Source: Elusimicrobiota bacterium
GTDB lineage: Bacteria; Elusimicrobiota; Endomicrobiia; Endomicrobiales; Endomicrobiaceae
DNA: 29,706 nt
NCBI GenBank assembly: GCA_031256695.1
Contig: JAIRQB010000079.1
Coordinates: 1 to 29,706 of the forward strand
Direction of reading: 5' to 3'
Part shown: piece by piece, positions 16,975 through 26,509 of the stretch
Layout of the letters: each line of letters starts with the position of its first letter
How positions within the stretch are numbered: position 1 is the first letter of the stretch
Notes under the pieces: generated by a model
What the model saw: the letters and a program-made list of their open reading frames with translations, nothing else
Databases searched by the model: none
What the model was told of the DNA's origin: nothing
Program-made: the position numbers and the translations under genes

Positions 16975-18123
16975 ATGAAAGCATTGACAGCGGCATTTCT
17001 TTTTATATTTCTTGCAAGCGCGCAGGCGGCGGTTTTTGAAAGAATTTTAACCGAAGAAAATTCAATTCAGACCGCTTTGGCTCTAAATTACGATATTCTC
17101 ATACAATCTCAAAAAGCAGAACTATCCAATCAAAAAAGCCGAGAATCAAAAGCGCTGTATTTCCCCATTGTGGATTTAAATATCAATATATCTAAATTCA
17201 GCAACGGCGCTCCCGTCTCGCTGTTTAACAATTTATCGGCTTCGCCCGTGTATTTGCCCGCAGAAAATCCGGAAGGCATCTATTATAATTCGCGTATTTC
17301 GGTTTGGCAGCATCTTTATACGGGCGGGCGCGTCAGAGGCGCCAATAGAATGGCTTTAATAAATATAGAAAAGACTAAAAATGAATTAAATATCATTAAA
17401 AACAAAGTGACATCAGATATAAAAAAGGCTTTTAATGAAACTCTCTATTACAAAACAAAAATAGAGGTTTTGCAATCCTCAAAAAATAAAAAGAATGCAT
17501 CCGAGATAAAATTTAAAATAGACGCCTCTGAAATTGAATATGGAAAGTCCCTCTTAAACCTTCTCTATTTGATAGGGCTGGATTTAAATTCCATCGCAGA
17601 TGTGGAAGGCGCATTTGAGCCTAAAATGAAAGATATTTCTTTGGATAAATGTATGGTTTTGGCATATCAATACAAAGCGGAATTTCAAAGCGCTCTTTAT
17701 CAAGAATCAATGGACGAACTTTCTGTAAATCTTTTGTCCGTTCAGCGTTATCCTGCCGTAGATATAGGCGCCGCTCAAGAGTGGGTAGGCGAAAAAGTGC
17801 TAAACGATAAAAACAATTGGTATGTCTTTTTGAATATCAATTTGCCTGTTTTTGACGGAGGCGCTGTAATATCAAGAGTTGCGCAGGCTAAAGTAAATGC
17901 AAGACAAGCCGCAATAGAGAGAGCAAAAAACAATGAGCAAATCAGGCTTTTTATACATCAATCTTTTCTTGAATACAGTTTTTGGAAACAAAAAGCCGTC
18001 CAAAACAATCTTTTAAGCAAGCGCGGAAGATACGATGAAAACGACTTGGAAATTATTAGAAATTTAAACAGAAGTTATTTTGACCTTGAATTCGCAACGG
18101 GAGTTCAACTTGATAAATTTTAA
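16975..18123 (+). CDS. TolC-family outer membrane protein with short periplasmic helices
   Basis: Signal peptide, ALALN, YFPIVD, QHLYTGG, YPAVD, LPVFDGG two-repeat architecture; ATG 16975 follows AAGGA. Confidence 0.82.
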   Translation: MKALTAAFLFIFLASAQAAVFERILTEENSIQTALALNYDILIQSQKAELSNQKSRESKALYFPIVDLNINISKFSNGAPVSLFNNLSASPVYLPAENPEGIYYNSRISVWQHLYTGGRVRGANRMALINIEKTKNELNIIKNKVTSDIKKAFNETLYYKTKIEVLQSSKNKKNASEIKFKIDASEIEYGKSLLNLLYLIGLDLNSIADVEGAFEPKMKDISLDKCMVLAYQYKAEFQSALYQESMDELSVNLLSVQRYPAVDIGAAQEWVGEKVLNDKNNWYVFLNINLPVFDGGAVISRVAQAKVNARQAAIERAKNNEQIRLFIHQSFLEYSFWKQKAVQNNLLSKRGRYDENDLEIIRNLNRSYFDLEFATGVQLDKF

Positions 18124-19090
18124 GTCCCGCCTTTATAAAAAAATCATTTCTTTTTTTCTCGCCGTTTTTCTGTCTTTTCAAATCCAGCAGGTTTATATTT
18201 GCGCTAAAGAATTTGACGAAGATGAATTCTTGACCGATATTCTATGGAACAAATACGCAAGTTTAAACAAAGACAAAAGACCAACAACGGCTTTGGTTTT
18301 GGGAGGAGGCGGCGCCAGAGGTTTTGCCCACTTGGGAGTTTTAAAAAGTTTTGAAAATGAAAATTTGCCCATAGATTTTGTAGTCGGAGTAAGCATAGGC
18401 TCAATTGCCGGGCTTTTTTATTGCGCTGGTTTTTCTATGGACAGCGCTATAAAACTTGCGGAAAATTTCAAATGGTCGTCTGCTTCAAATTTAAATCCGC
18501 TGTCGCTTTTCAGTATGCTTGTCAGCGACAGTATGCTCTCTAATGAAGAATTGGAATCTTTTTTAAATAAGCAGATAGGAAATATTGATTTAAACGGTTT
18601 GAAAATTCCGCTCATCTGCACCGCTGTGGATTTAAATACGGGAGAGAGAATTTTATTGAGGGAAGGCAATGCCGCTTTTGCCGCAAGAGCCAGCGCCGCT
18701 ATACCGGGCATTTTTAAGCCCGTTGAATACAAACAGAGATTTCTTGTAGACGGCGGTCTTTATGAAAATATACCCGTTGATATAGCCCGCATTTTTGACC
18801 CCGGCATTGTAATAGCGGTGTCAGTATCGGCTGATATTTCTAAAAATTCCACAGACAATATCTTTTTAACTTTAATGCAGGCTATTTATATACAAGGCAA
18901 AGTTTTTGATTTGAAAAATTTGCAAGATGCGGATATTGTTATAAGCCCCGATGTCGGCGATATTTCAGCAATAGATTTGCAAAGGACTTCTGAGGCTGTC
19001 AGAAAGGGTTTTTACGCCTCTCAAACGGGAATGGAAACGTTGAAGAGGAGTTTGATAAATAAAACGCAATGGGAGTTCCTCATTGAATAA
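18110..19090 (+). CDS. Exported patatin-like phospholipase
   Basis: GGGGARG, GVSIG nucleophile elbow, DGG, N-terminal hydrophobic signal. TTG 18110 follows GGAG (track start 18080 is in frame). Confidence 0.9.
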   Translation: MINFKSRLYKKIISFFLAVFLSFQIQQVYICAKEFDEDEFLTDILWNKYASLNKDKRPTTALVLGGGGARGFAHLGVLKSFENENLPIDFVVGVSIGSIAGLFYCAGFSMDSAIKLAENFKWSSASNLNPLSLFSMLVSDSMLSNEELESFLNKQIGNIDLNGLKIPLICTAVDLNTGERILLREGNAAFAARASAAIPGIFKPVEYKQRFLVDGGLYENIPVDIARIFDPGIVIAVSVSADISKNSTDNIFLTLMQAIYIQGKVFDLKNLQDADIVISPDVGDISAIDLQRTSEAVRKGFYASQTGMETLKRSLINKTQWEFLIE

Positions 19091-20114
19091 AACTGCGGCT
19101 GCTCTAATTTTTATTTTGTTTTTGTTGTTTCAATCCGCTTCCGCCGCTCTTACAGAGAGCGCATCCGATGAAGAAATTAGAAATTATTTAGAGCGTCCGC
19201 TTGACAAAGATGGTTTGGAAAATTTGGAAAAACTTGCAGACGTCTTATTTCAGCAAAAAAGATTCCTTGCCGCTTCGGAAATTTATCAAAACCTGCTTTC
19301 TAAATACCCCTCTAAACAAAAGACTTTCCTCTACAATGTAAAATTAGGAGATATTTTTGCAGAGTTGAAAAACTATTCTCAAAGTTTATCCTTTTACAAT
19401 ACGGCTAAAAATTTATACGGAAAAGATATTGAGATTAGGCTTAAAATAGGAAATCTGCTGTTTGAAAACGGCTTGTATAATTTGGCTCAAGAGTCATATT
19501 TGGAAATTTTAAAAATCAATAAAAATTCAGACGAAGCAAAAATAAAACTCGGCGGCATCTTTTTTTTGACGGGGGATTTTCTGTCTGCGGCGGAGTATTA
19601 TGAAAAAATTGACAAGAAGCGTTATGACGAGCCTTTGATAATAAATATCGCAAAAACATACCGCAAAACAGGCGGAGCGGACAAGGCTTTGGTTTTTTTA
19701 AACAATTATCTTAAATCAAGCGATAGCGCCGAAATCTATTTTTTAGCGGGAAAATTTTATTATCAAAAGAAAGACTATCAGAATGCCCAAATCAATTTTC
19801 TGTCGGCGCTAAAACAGAACAATCAATTTTTTGAAGCCTATCTATATCTTGCAGATATAAATATAGAATATGAAAACAATTTGGATTTAGCGGATGCCTT
19901 GCTTGAAAAAGCCTTTGCGCTAAAACCAGACAGCGCCGCAATAGACTTATTGCGTTCTTGCTCCGCATATAAAAGAGGAAATAACAAAATTGCCGAAAAC
20001 TTTGCGGAGTCCGCCTATAAAAAAAGTAAAACCGATTTTACAAGGCAAGAGGCAAAAAGAGCGGCGGATTTTTTTAATAAAGCAAATGCCGTCCAAAAGA
20101 AAAGAAACAGATAG
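19083..20114 (+). CDS. Exported TPR-repeat protein
   Basis: Signal peptide ending SASA, repeated helical LG/AG...Y..A...Y patterns; overlaps the patatin stop. Confidence 0.85.
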   Translation: MNKTAAALIFILFLLFQSASAALTESASDEEIRNYLERPLDKDGLENLEKLADVLFQQKRFLAASEIYQNLLSKYPSKQKTFLYNVKLGDIFAELKNYSQSLSFYNTAKNLYGKDIEIRLKIGNLLFENGLYNLAQESYLEILKINKNSDEAKIKLGGIFFLTGDFLSAAEYYEKIDKKRYDEPLIINIAKTYRKTGGADKALVFLNNYLKSSDSAEIYFLAGKFYYQKKDYQNAQINFLSALKQNNQFFEAYLYLADINIEYENNLDLADALLEKAFALKPDSAAIDLLRSCSAYKRGNNKIAENFAESAYKKSKTDFTRQEAKRAADFFNKANAVQKKRNR

Positions 20115-20147
20115 TTTGCGGCGTAAAATAAATATAAGGAAAAGAAA

Positions 20148-21380
20148 ATGCTGAATTTTAAAAGAAATGATTTGTGCCTTGAAGATGTAAAACTCTCATC
20201 TCTTGCCGAGAAATTTCAAACGGCGCTTTATGTGTATTCTAAAAAACAACTGCTTGAAAATTTTAGAAGTTATAAAGACGCTTGCGGCAAAGAGACGCTT
20301 ATTTGTTTTGCCTGCAAAACAAATTCAAATGCCGCCATTTTGAAACTTTTGGCAAATGAGGGAGCGGGAGCAGACACTACTTCAGGCGGGGAAATTTTTA
20401 GATGTTTATCGGCTGGTTTTTCCCCTTCAAAAATTGTCTATGCAGGCGTCGGAAAGACGGCTGAGGAAATAGAATATGCCTTAAAAAATAAAATTTTTAT
20501 GTTTAATGTTGAATCTTTTGAGGAACTTGCCGCAATAGATAAAATTGCAGCAAAATTAAAAACTAAAACCCGTTTTGCATTTAGAGTAAATCCCGACGTT
20601 GACCCTTCAACGCATTCTTATATAAAAACGGGCAAAAAAGGAACAAAATTCGGCATTCCCATTGAGGATGCCGTCAACGCTTATTTGAACGCTAAAAAAT
20701 ATAAAAATGTTGAAGCGCTTGGCATTCATTCCCATATAGGCTCTCAAATTTTAGACATAAAACCTTTCAAAGAAGCCGCTTTAAAGATAAAAAAAACCAT
20801 CTCTGAAATAGAAAAAAATGGTTTGAGAATTGAATACATAAATTGCGGCGGCGGATTAGGAATTGCTTATCAAAAATCTCAAAAAGCGCCGCTGCCTTCA
20901 AAATTGTTTTCTGAAATTTTTAATGTTTTTAAAGGCGAGAATAGAAAATTTATTTTTGAGCCTGGGCGCTCAATAGCGGCAAATGCCGGTCATCTTTTAT
21001 GCAAGGTAATTTACCGAAAAAAATCAGGCGGAAAGAGTTTTTTAATTACAGACGCCGCTATGAATGATTTAATAAGACCCACTTTATACGAGGCATATCA
21101 CGATATAATCCCCGTAAAAAAGAGCGCGGCAAAAAAAGTTAAAAGCGATATTGTAGGTCCCATCTGCGAAAGCGGCGATTTTTTAGGCAAAGATAGAATG
21201 CTGCCTGTTTTGGCTCAAGGAGAATATTTGCTTATAACTTGCGCCGGCGCCTACGGAGCGGCTATGTCTTCTCAATACAATTCAAGACCAATGCTTGCCG
21301 AGGTTTTAGTTGACGGCGCTTCGGCAAAACTTATAAGGAAAAGAAATTCTTATAAAGATTTATTGTTTAATGAAATGTAA
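20148..21380 (+). CDS. lysA: Diaminopimelate decarboxylase
   Basis: CKTNSN, RVNPDV, TKFG, HSHIGSQ, EPGR, GPICESGD, GAYG. Confidence 0.97.
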   Translation: MLNFKRNDLCLEDVKLSSLAEKFQTALYVYSKKQLLENFRSYKDACGKETLICFACKTNSNAAILKLLANEGAGADTTSGGEIFRCLSAGFSPSKIVYAGVGKTAEEIEYALKNKIFMFNVESFEELAAIDKIAAKLKTKTRFAFRVNPDVDPSTHSYIKTGKKGTKFGIPIEDAVNAYLNAKKYKNVEALGIHSHIGSQILDIKPFKEAALKIKKTISEIEKNGLRIEYINCGGGLGIAYQKSQKAPLPSKLFSEIFNVFKGENRKFIFEPGRSIAANAGHLLCKVIYRKKSGGKSFLITDAAMNDLIRPTLYEAYHDIIPVKKSAAKKVKSDIVGPICESGDFLGKDRMLPVLAQGEYLLITCAGAYGAAMSSQYNSRPMLAEVLVDGASAKLIRKRNSYKDLLFNEM

Positions 21381-21493
21381 GAAAGTTGAAATTTAAGAAT
21401 CGTGAATGCATTGCGCAGACGGCGCTTGATAAAAACAGAAAACAAAAACGGAATATCTGCCGCTGCTAAATCAACAAAATAAAAGGAGAAAAA

Positions 21494-23131
21494 ATGAAAT
21501 CAGACATTGAAATAGCGGCATCTGTAAAATTGAGAAAAATTGAGGAAATCGCCGCAAAAATAGGCATAGAGGAAAAAGACATAATCAAATACGGCTCTTT
21601 TGCCGCAAAAATTTCAGCGCCGATAAAAGAAAACAAAGCAAAAATCATTTTGGTGACGGCAATAAACCCGACCCCTGCGGGCGAGGGGAAAACTACCGTC
21701 AGCATCGGTCTTGCCGACGCGCTCTCTCTAAAAGGCAAGAAAACATCTCTGGCTTTAAGAGAGCCTTCTCTGGGACCTGTTTTCGGCATAAAAGGCGGAG
21801 CGGCAGGCGGCGGTTATGCTCAAATTGCGCCGATGGAAGATATAAATTTGCATTTTACGGGCGACTTTCACGCTATTTCTACCGCTAACAATTTATTGTC
21901 GGCTATGATTGACAATCATATTTTTTGGGGCAATGCCTTAAAAATAAAAAAAGTTTTGTGGCGGCGCTGTATGGATATGAATGACCGCGCCTTGCGCGCA
22001 ATAGTGACGGGTCTCGGATACAATACGAGAGAAGACGGTTTTGACATCACAGCCGCAAGCGAAATTATGGCTATTGCCGCTCTATCAGACGGCATTAGCG
22101 ATTTAAAAATACGGCTTTCAAATATTTTGGCGGCAGAAAATTATGACGGCGCTTTTATAACCGCTAAAGATTTAAAAGCCTCAGACGCTATGGCTGTCAT
22201 TTTAAAAGACGCTATAAAGCCTAATTTGGCTCAAAGTTTAGAGGGAACTCCCGCTTTTGTCCACACTGGACCTTTTGCCAATATAGCGCACGGTTGCAAT
22301 AGCATTATCGCCTCTAAAACTGCGGCAAGTTATTCTGATTTTGTTGTGACAGAAGCGGGTTTCGGCGCGGATTTAGGCGCTCAAAAATTTTTAGATATTA
22401 AATGCCGCATTGCAGGCATAAAGCCTTCTGCAGTTGTAATTGTAGCCACTATCCGCGCTTTAAAGAGTTTAGGCGGCGCTCCAAAAGAGGCTTTGTCTAA
22501 ACCAAATGCGGATTTTCTGCTGAAAGGATTGCCTAATTTAATGAAGCATATTGAAAATATAAAAAATGTCTATGGGCTTCCTTGCGCTGTAGCGGTAAAT
22601 TTATTTTCAAGCGATACTGCCGATGAAATCAAAATATTAAAAGAGGAATGCAAAAAGGCGGGCATTGAAGCGGTAGAAACTGATGTTTGGGCTAAAGGCG
22701 GCAAAGGCGCTTTAGAACTTGCGGATTCCGTTTTAAAACTATGCGAAAGCAAAAGTGAATTGAATTTCTCTTATAGTTTAGAAGACAGCATAGTTGTGAA
22801 AGTCTCTAAAATCTCAAAGAAAATTTACGGCGCTTCGGGAGTTGTATTTTTGCCTAAAGCCGCAAAAGCCGCTGAAAAACTTCAAAATACTCCATTTGCA
22901 AAAATGCCTGTCTGCATAGCCAAAACGCAATATTCTCTTTCAGACAATCCCGCATTGCTCGGCAGACCTGAAAATTTTGATATTACAGTTAGAGATATTT
23001 TGCCAAGGGGCGGGGCGGGTTTTTTAGTTGCGCTCACAGGCGATATTATGCTTATGCCGGGGTTAGGAAAAATGCCAAGCGCCGAAAAAATCGGCATAGA
23101 TGACAGCGGAAAGGTATTTGGATTATTTTAG
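21494..23131 (+). CDS. fhs: Formate--tetrahydrofolate ligase
   Basis: TPAGEGKTT, REPSLGPVFGIKGGAAGGG, HTGPFANIAHGCNS, EAGFGADLG, KTQYS, MPGL. Confidence 0.98.
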   Translation: MKSDIEIAASVKLRKIEEIAAKIGIEEKDIIKYGSFAAKISAPIKENKAKIILVTAINPTPAGEGKTTVSIGLADALSLKGKKTSLALREPSLGPVFGIKGGAAGGGYAQIAPMEDINLHFTGDFHAISTANNLLSAMIDNHIFWGNALKIKKVLWRRCMDMNDRALRAIVTGLGYNTREDGFDITAASEIMAIAALSDGISDLKIRLSNILAAENYDGAFITAKDLKASDAMAVILKDAIKPNLAQSLEGTPAFVHTGPFANIAHGCNSIIASKTAASYSDFVVTEAGFGADLGAQKFLDIKCRIAGIKPSAVVIVATIRALKSLGGAPKEALSKPNADFLLKGLPNLMKHIENIKNVYGLPCAVAVNLFSSDTADEIKILKEECKKAGIEAVETDVWAKGGKGALELADSVLKLCESKSELNFSYSLEDSIVVKVSKISKKIYGASGVVFLPKAAKAAEKLQNTPFAKMPVCIAKTQYSLSDNPALLGRPENFDITVRDILPRGGAGFLVALTGDIMLMPGLGKMPSAEKIGIDDSGKVFGLF

Positions 23132-23180
23132 AGATAAATTGAAAACTAATTAGCGAGCATAAAATTTTACATACAAAAAC

Positions 23181-23220
23181 AAAAAAGGGCTGGCGGCAAA
23201 AATTCCGTCAGCCCTTTTTT
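23181..23220. terminator. Bidirectional intrinsic terminator
   Basis: AAAAAAGGGCTG...CAGCCCTTTTTT between convergent fhs and the aminotransferase. Confidence 0.85.
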
Positions 23221-23242
23221 CATTTTTGTAATAGAGCAAATA

Positions 23243-24439
23243 TCAGTCTTTTATTGTCCTTTCAAATCTGTCTAAACCTTCTTTTATATTGTCCATACTT
23301 GTAGCGTAAGAAAATCTCACATAGCCGTCAGCGCCGAAAGGCGAGCCCGGGACAATGGCAATCTTTGCCTCTTCAAGCATTAAATCTGCAAAATCCATAT
23401 CTGTATTTATTTTTTTGCCTTTAATAGTTTTGCCTAAAAACTCTTTTATATTTGGAAAAACATAAAAAGCGCCTTGCGGCTTTTGACAAGAAATGCCTTT
23501 TATAGCCAGAAGCCTCTCTAAAATATAATTTCTGCGTTTTTCAAATTCAACCCTCATCATTTCTACGCTGTCTTGAGGACCGTTTAAAGCCTCAACTGCG
23601 GCTTTTAGAGAAATAGAAGTCGGATTTGAAGTGGATTGGCTTTGAACTTTAGACATACCTGCAATAATTTCTTTATTGCCTGCCGCAAAACCTATGCGCC
23701 AGCCCGTCATAGAATAAGCCTTTGAAAGCCCATTGACAACTATTGTTTTTTCTTTGATTTTAGGGGATAGAGAAGCGACTGAGGTGAATTTGAAGCCGTC
23801 ATAGACGAGTTTTTCATAAATATCGTCTGCGATAATTAAAATATCTTTTTCTAAACAAATATCCGCTATTTCTTGCAATTCTGCGGCAGTATAGGCGGCG
23901 CCTGTGGGGTTTGACGGCGAATTTATAATTATTGCTTTTGTCTTTTCTGTAACAGCCTCTTTTATTTGTTTGGCATTTACTTTAAAACCGCTTTTATCGT
24001 CTGCTGAAACTATAATGGGTTTGCCGCCCGCTATAATTACCATATCGGGATAAGACACCCAGAAAGGAGCGGGTATTATGACCTCGTCTCCGTCGTCTAT
24101 AATTGTTTGAAGCAAATTATAAATGCTGTGTTTTGCCCCGCAAGAGACAAGTATTTCATTTTGAGCGTATTGCAAATTATTGTCTCTTTCAAACTTTTTA
24201 ATGACAGCGTCTTTTAATTCAGGCGTTCCGCCTACGGGGCAATACTTTGTATATCCGTTAATTATGGCGTGAATGCCTGCATTTTTGATATTTGAAGGCG
24301 TATCAAAATCCGGCTCGCCGGGGGCAAAGTTTAAAATGTCAACACCCTGTTGTTTTAAAGTTTTTGCCTTTGCATCTATTACAAGAGTAGGAGAAGGCTT
24401 AATTGCCGCTACTCTTTTGGAAATCAATTTTGTGTTCAT
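23243..24439 (-). CDS. aspC: Class I PLP-dependent (aspartate) aminotransferase
   Basis: GEPDF, NSPSNPTG, DDIY, SKAYSMTGWRIG, GAFY, VRFSY; RBS AGGAGG. Confidence 0.93.
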   Translation of the reverse strand: MNTKLISKRVAAIKPSPTLVIDAKAKTLKQQGVDILNFAPGEPDFDTPSNIKNAGIHAIINGYTKYCPVGGTPELKDAVIKKFERDNNLQYAQNEILVSCGAKHSIYNLLQTIIDDGDEVIIPAPFWVSYPDMVIIAGGKPIIVSADDKSGFKVNAKQIKEAVTEKTKAIIINSPSNPTGAAYTAAELQEIADICLEKDILIIADDIYEKLVYDGFKFTSVASLSPKIKEKTIVVNGLSKAYSMTGWRIGFAAGNKEIIAGMSKVQSQSTSNPTSISLKAAVEALNGPQDSVEMMRVEFEKRRNYILERLLAIKGISCQKPQGAFYVFPNIKEFLGKTIKGKKINTDMDFADLMLEEAKIAIVPGSPFGADGYVRFSYATSMDNIKEGLDRFERTIKD

Positions 24440-24467
24440 ACTACCTCCTTTTTGATTGCAAGTCCTT

Positions 24468-24847
24468 CGCTCTTACCTTCAAAAATTTCGGGCGCCGCAT
24501 TTGCGGCTGAAATTTTTGAGATTAAGGAATCGGCAAAACTTCAACACGGCTTTCAGTTTTGCCTCTTTTTTATTTAAGACTGCTTACGCTTTTTGCCACA
24601 CTCACGCCCGCTCTTACCTTCAAAAATTTCTGGCGCCGCATTTGCGGCTGAAATTTTTGAGATTAAGGAATCGCAAAACCTTGCGGACAAGCCGCTGTCG
24701 GTTTTGCTCTTTTTTATTAAGCGTTATTTGCGGCGCATTGCCGACTTTACTTCTTGGTGTCGGCTGCCGACTTTACTTCTTGGTGTCGGCTGCGCCGACA
24801 AATTACGCAAGACTGCTTACGCTTTTTGCCACACTCACGCCCGCTCT
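24468..24847. repeat. Mosaic 141-bp-period tandem duplication with an inserted hairpin module
   Basis: A: 24468-24532 vs 24609-24673 (64/65 identical). B: 24576-24614 = 24809-24847 (39/39). Hairpin plus T tract at 24532-24575 and 24673-24718. Module 24721-24808 carries two 25-bp hairpins. Confidence 0.92.
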
Positions 24848-24862
24848 CCCTGCAGTTTGTTT

Positions 24863-25321
24863 TTAATTTTTTTCATATTCATAGATAATTAAATTGATAA
24901 CCATCAGAAAACAACCTATTGGAAAAGACAGATAAGGCAGGAAATAAGGTATTTTTAAAATATCCGTAGAGCGTTCTGTAAGCAGCATTTGTTTTGCAAG
25001 CGCTCCGCCTTGTATGCCGAAATATATAAGTATTAAAGAGGATATTATCAAAATGCCCCATTCAGCCGCTTTTTGCGCTTTTGGGGAAAACTTATCTACT
25101 AAAAAATCTATAGCAATATGGCTTCCATATCTAAAACCGGCTGCTGCTCCAAAAAAAACTACAACTACAATTAAACACAGTTGAACTTCTTCGCCCCAAA
25201 TAATAGGGCTTTGGAAACAATATCTAAAAATTACTCCAAAAAAAGTAATCGCTATCAAAACGAACATAAAAAAACCCGCGATAATCAAATCCATTTCTAA
25301 AACTTTTTTTAACGCTTTCAT
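24863..25321 (-). CDS. dctQ: TRAP transporter small permease (DctQ)
   Basis: Four TM helices, IFRY...WGEEV, GSHIAIDFL; lies downstream of dctP. Confidence 0.88.
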   Translation of the reverse strand: MKALKKVLEMDLIIAGFFMFVLIAITFFGVIFRYCFQSPIIWGEEVQLCLIVVVVFFGAAAGFRYGSHIAIDFLVDKFSPKAQKAAEWGILIISSLILIYFGIQGGALAKQMLLTERSTDILKIPYFLPYLSFPIGCFLMVINLIIYEYEKN

Positions 25322-25349
25322 TTTTCCCCCGCAAAAGCAAACTAAAATA

Positions 25350-25395
25350 AAAAGGCTGTCCTCATTCTTTATAAATGAAATAAGAACAGCCTTTT
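25350..25395 (-). terminator. Stem-loop between dctP and dctQ
   Basis: AAAAGGCTGT (25350-25359) pairs with ACAGCCTTTT (25386-25395). Confidence 0.7.
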
Positions 25396-25406
25396 TTTAA
25401 CCAAAA

Positions 25407-26420
25407 TTATTTCTTTTTTATTTCTTTCGCTTTGCTTACAGTTTGATAGAGACCTTTAGACCATTTTGAAGTGAAATCCTTCAAAGAATAAAAAGCCTGC
25501 GCTTTTGCTTTAAATTTCGCTATATCAACTGTTATAACTTCAACGCCTTCTTTTTTGAACTTCGCTATCATTTCCTCTGCGAGTTTATTTTGCAAATTAT
25601 TGTTAAAAACTCCCGCCTCTTTGCAAGTGTCAATTAAAATTTGCTGTTGCTCAGGGGTTAGAGAATCAAAAAATTTCGTCCCGCAAACTAAAGTTGTGAA
25701 ATTCTTTATATGGGCGTCAAGAGTTAAGTATTTTGCGACTTCTTGGAATTTGCCGTTATAGAGAACGGGCAGCGGATTTTCTAATCCGTCAACTACTCCT
25801 TGTTGAAGAGCCGTATAAACATCTCCAAGCGGAAGCGGAGTAGGCGTTGCGCCCATTACTTCAATTCCCTTCACCTGTATTAAATTGTTAGGCACGCGGA
25901 GTTTTTGCCCTTTAAAGTCTTCAGGAGTTCTGATAGGTTTTTTGCTTAAAGTATGTCTGTCGCCGTAAATCCAATTTGCGCCTACAACTTTTAAGCCTTT
26001 TCCTTCCAAAAGTTTCATCTGCCCTTTCCACCAATCGCTTTCTACAAGAGTCCACGCCTCTTCCCAACTTTCAAATAAATACGGACCAAAAGTGATTCCT
26101 AAATCAGGCACGCCTCTGTCGGCATAAAAAGCGCCGTCGGCAAGAGTTATAACATTCATTCCCGCAAGCATCTGGTCAATGAGTTGATTTTTAGAGCCTA
26201 ATTGGCTTGAAGGATAAATTTTTACAACTATGGTCCCGTTTGAACGTTTTTCTATAAGTCTTTTCCATTCCTTTACAGCCAAATCAAAAGGCTCGCCTGG
26301 GTGATTTTCATAGCCTATTTGAATTTCAACTTTTTTTGCTTTTTGGCTAAAAGCCGAGGAATTGAGCAAAAGAACAATTCCTAAAGCCGCAAACACTGCA
26401 AGACTTAGCAACTTTTTCAT
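25407..26420 (-). CDS. dctP: TRAP transporter substrate-binding protein (DctP family)
   Basis: Signal peptide, YPSSQLG, KLRV with the conserved Arg, YTALQQGVVDGLEN; ATG 26420 follows GGAGAG. Confidence 0.93.
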   Translation of the reverse strand: MKKLLSLAVFAALGIVLLLNSSAFSQKAKKVEIQIGYENHPGEPFDLAVKEWKRLIEKRSNGTIVVKIYPSSQLGSKNQLIDQMLAGMNVITLADGAFYADRGVPDLGITFGPYLFESWEEAWTLVESDWWKGQMKLLEGKGLKVVGANWIYGDRHTLSKKPIRTPEDFKGQKLRVPNNLIQVKGIEVMGATPTPLPLGDVYTALQQGVVDGLENPLPVLYNGKFQEVAKYLTLDAHIKNFTTLVCGTKFFDSLTPEQQQILIDTCKEAGVFNNNLQNKLAEEMIAKFKKEGVEVITVDIAKFKAKAQAFYSLKDFTSKWSKGLYQTVSKAKEIKKK

Positions 26421-26509
26421 ATTCTCTCCCTTTTTGGCGTTGTCAAGCAACGCATTTTATTTACTCTTAAAAACTTTTAGGCTTTTAAGAATTTCTGTTT
26501 TTTTTTGTC

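Noticed and set aside
21381-21493. THF or ZTP riboswitch upstream of fhs
   Set aside because: No consensus match; only a weak GCAG-CGGC/GCCG-CTGC stem with a long A-rich loop.
24532-24563. c-di-GMP-I riboswitch (GGCAAA...GAAA on the minus strand)
   Set aside because: GGCAAAAC simply pairs with GTTTTGCC; the GGACGCAAAG junction and second stem are absent.
24456-24892. ORFs 24456..24866 (+) and 24593..24892 (-)
   Set aside because: Their repeated peptides are translations of the DNA repeats; no RBS or protein-like features were seen.
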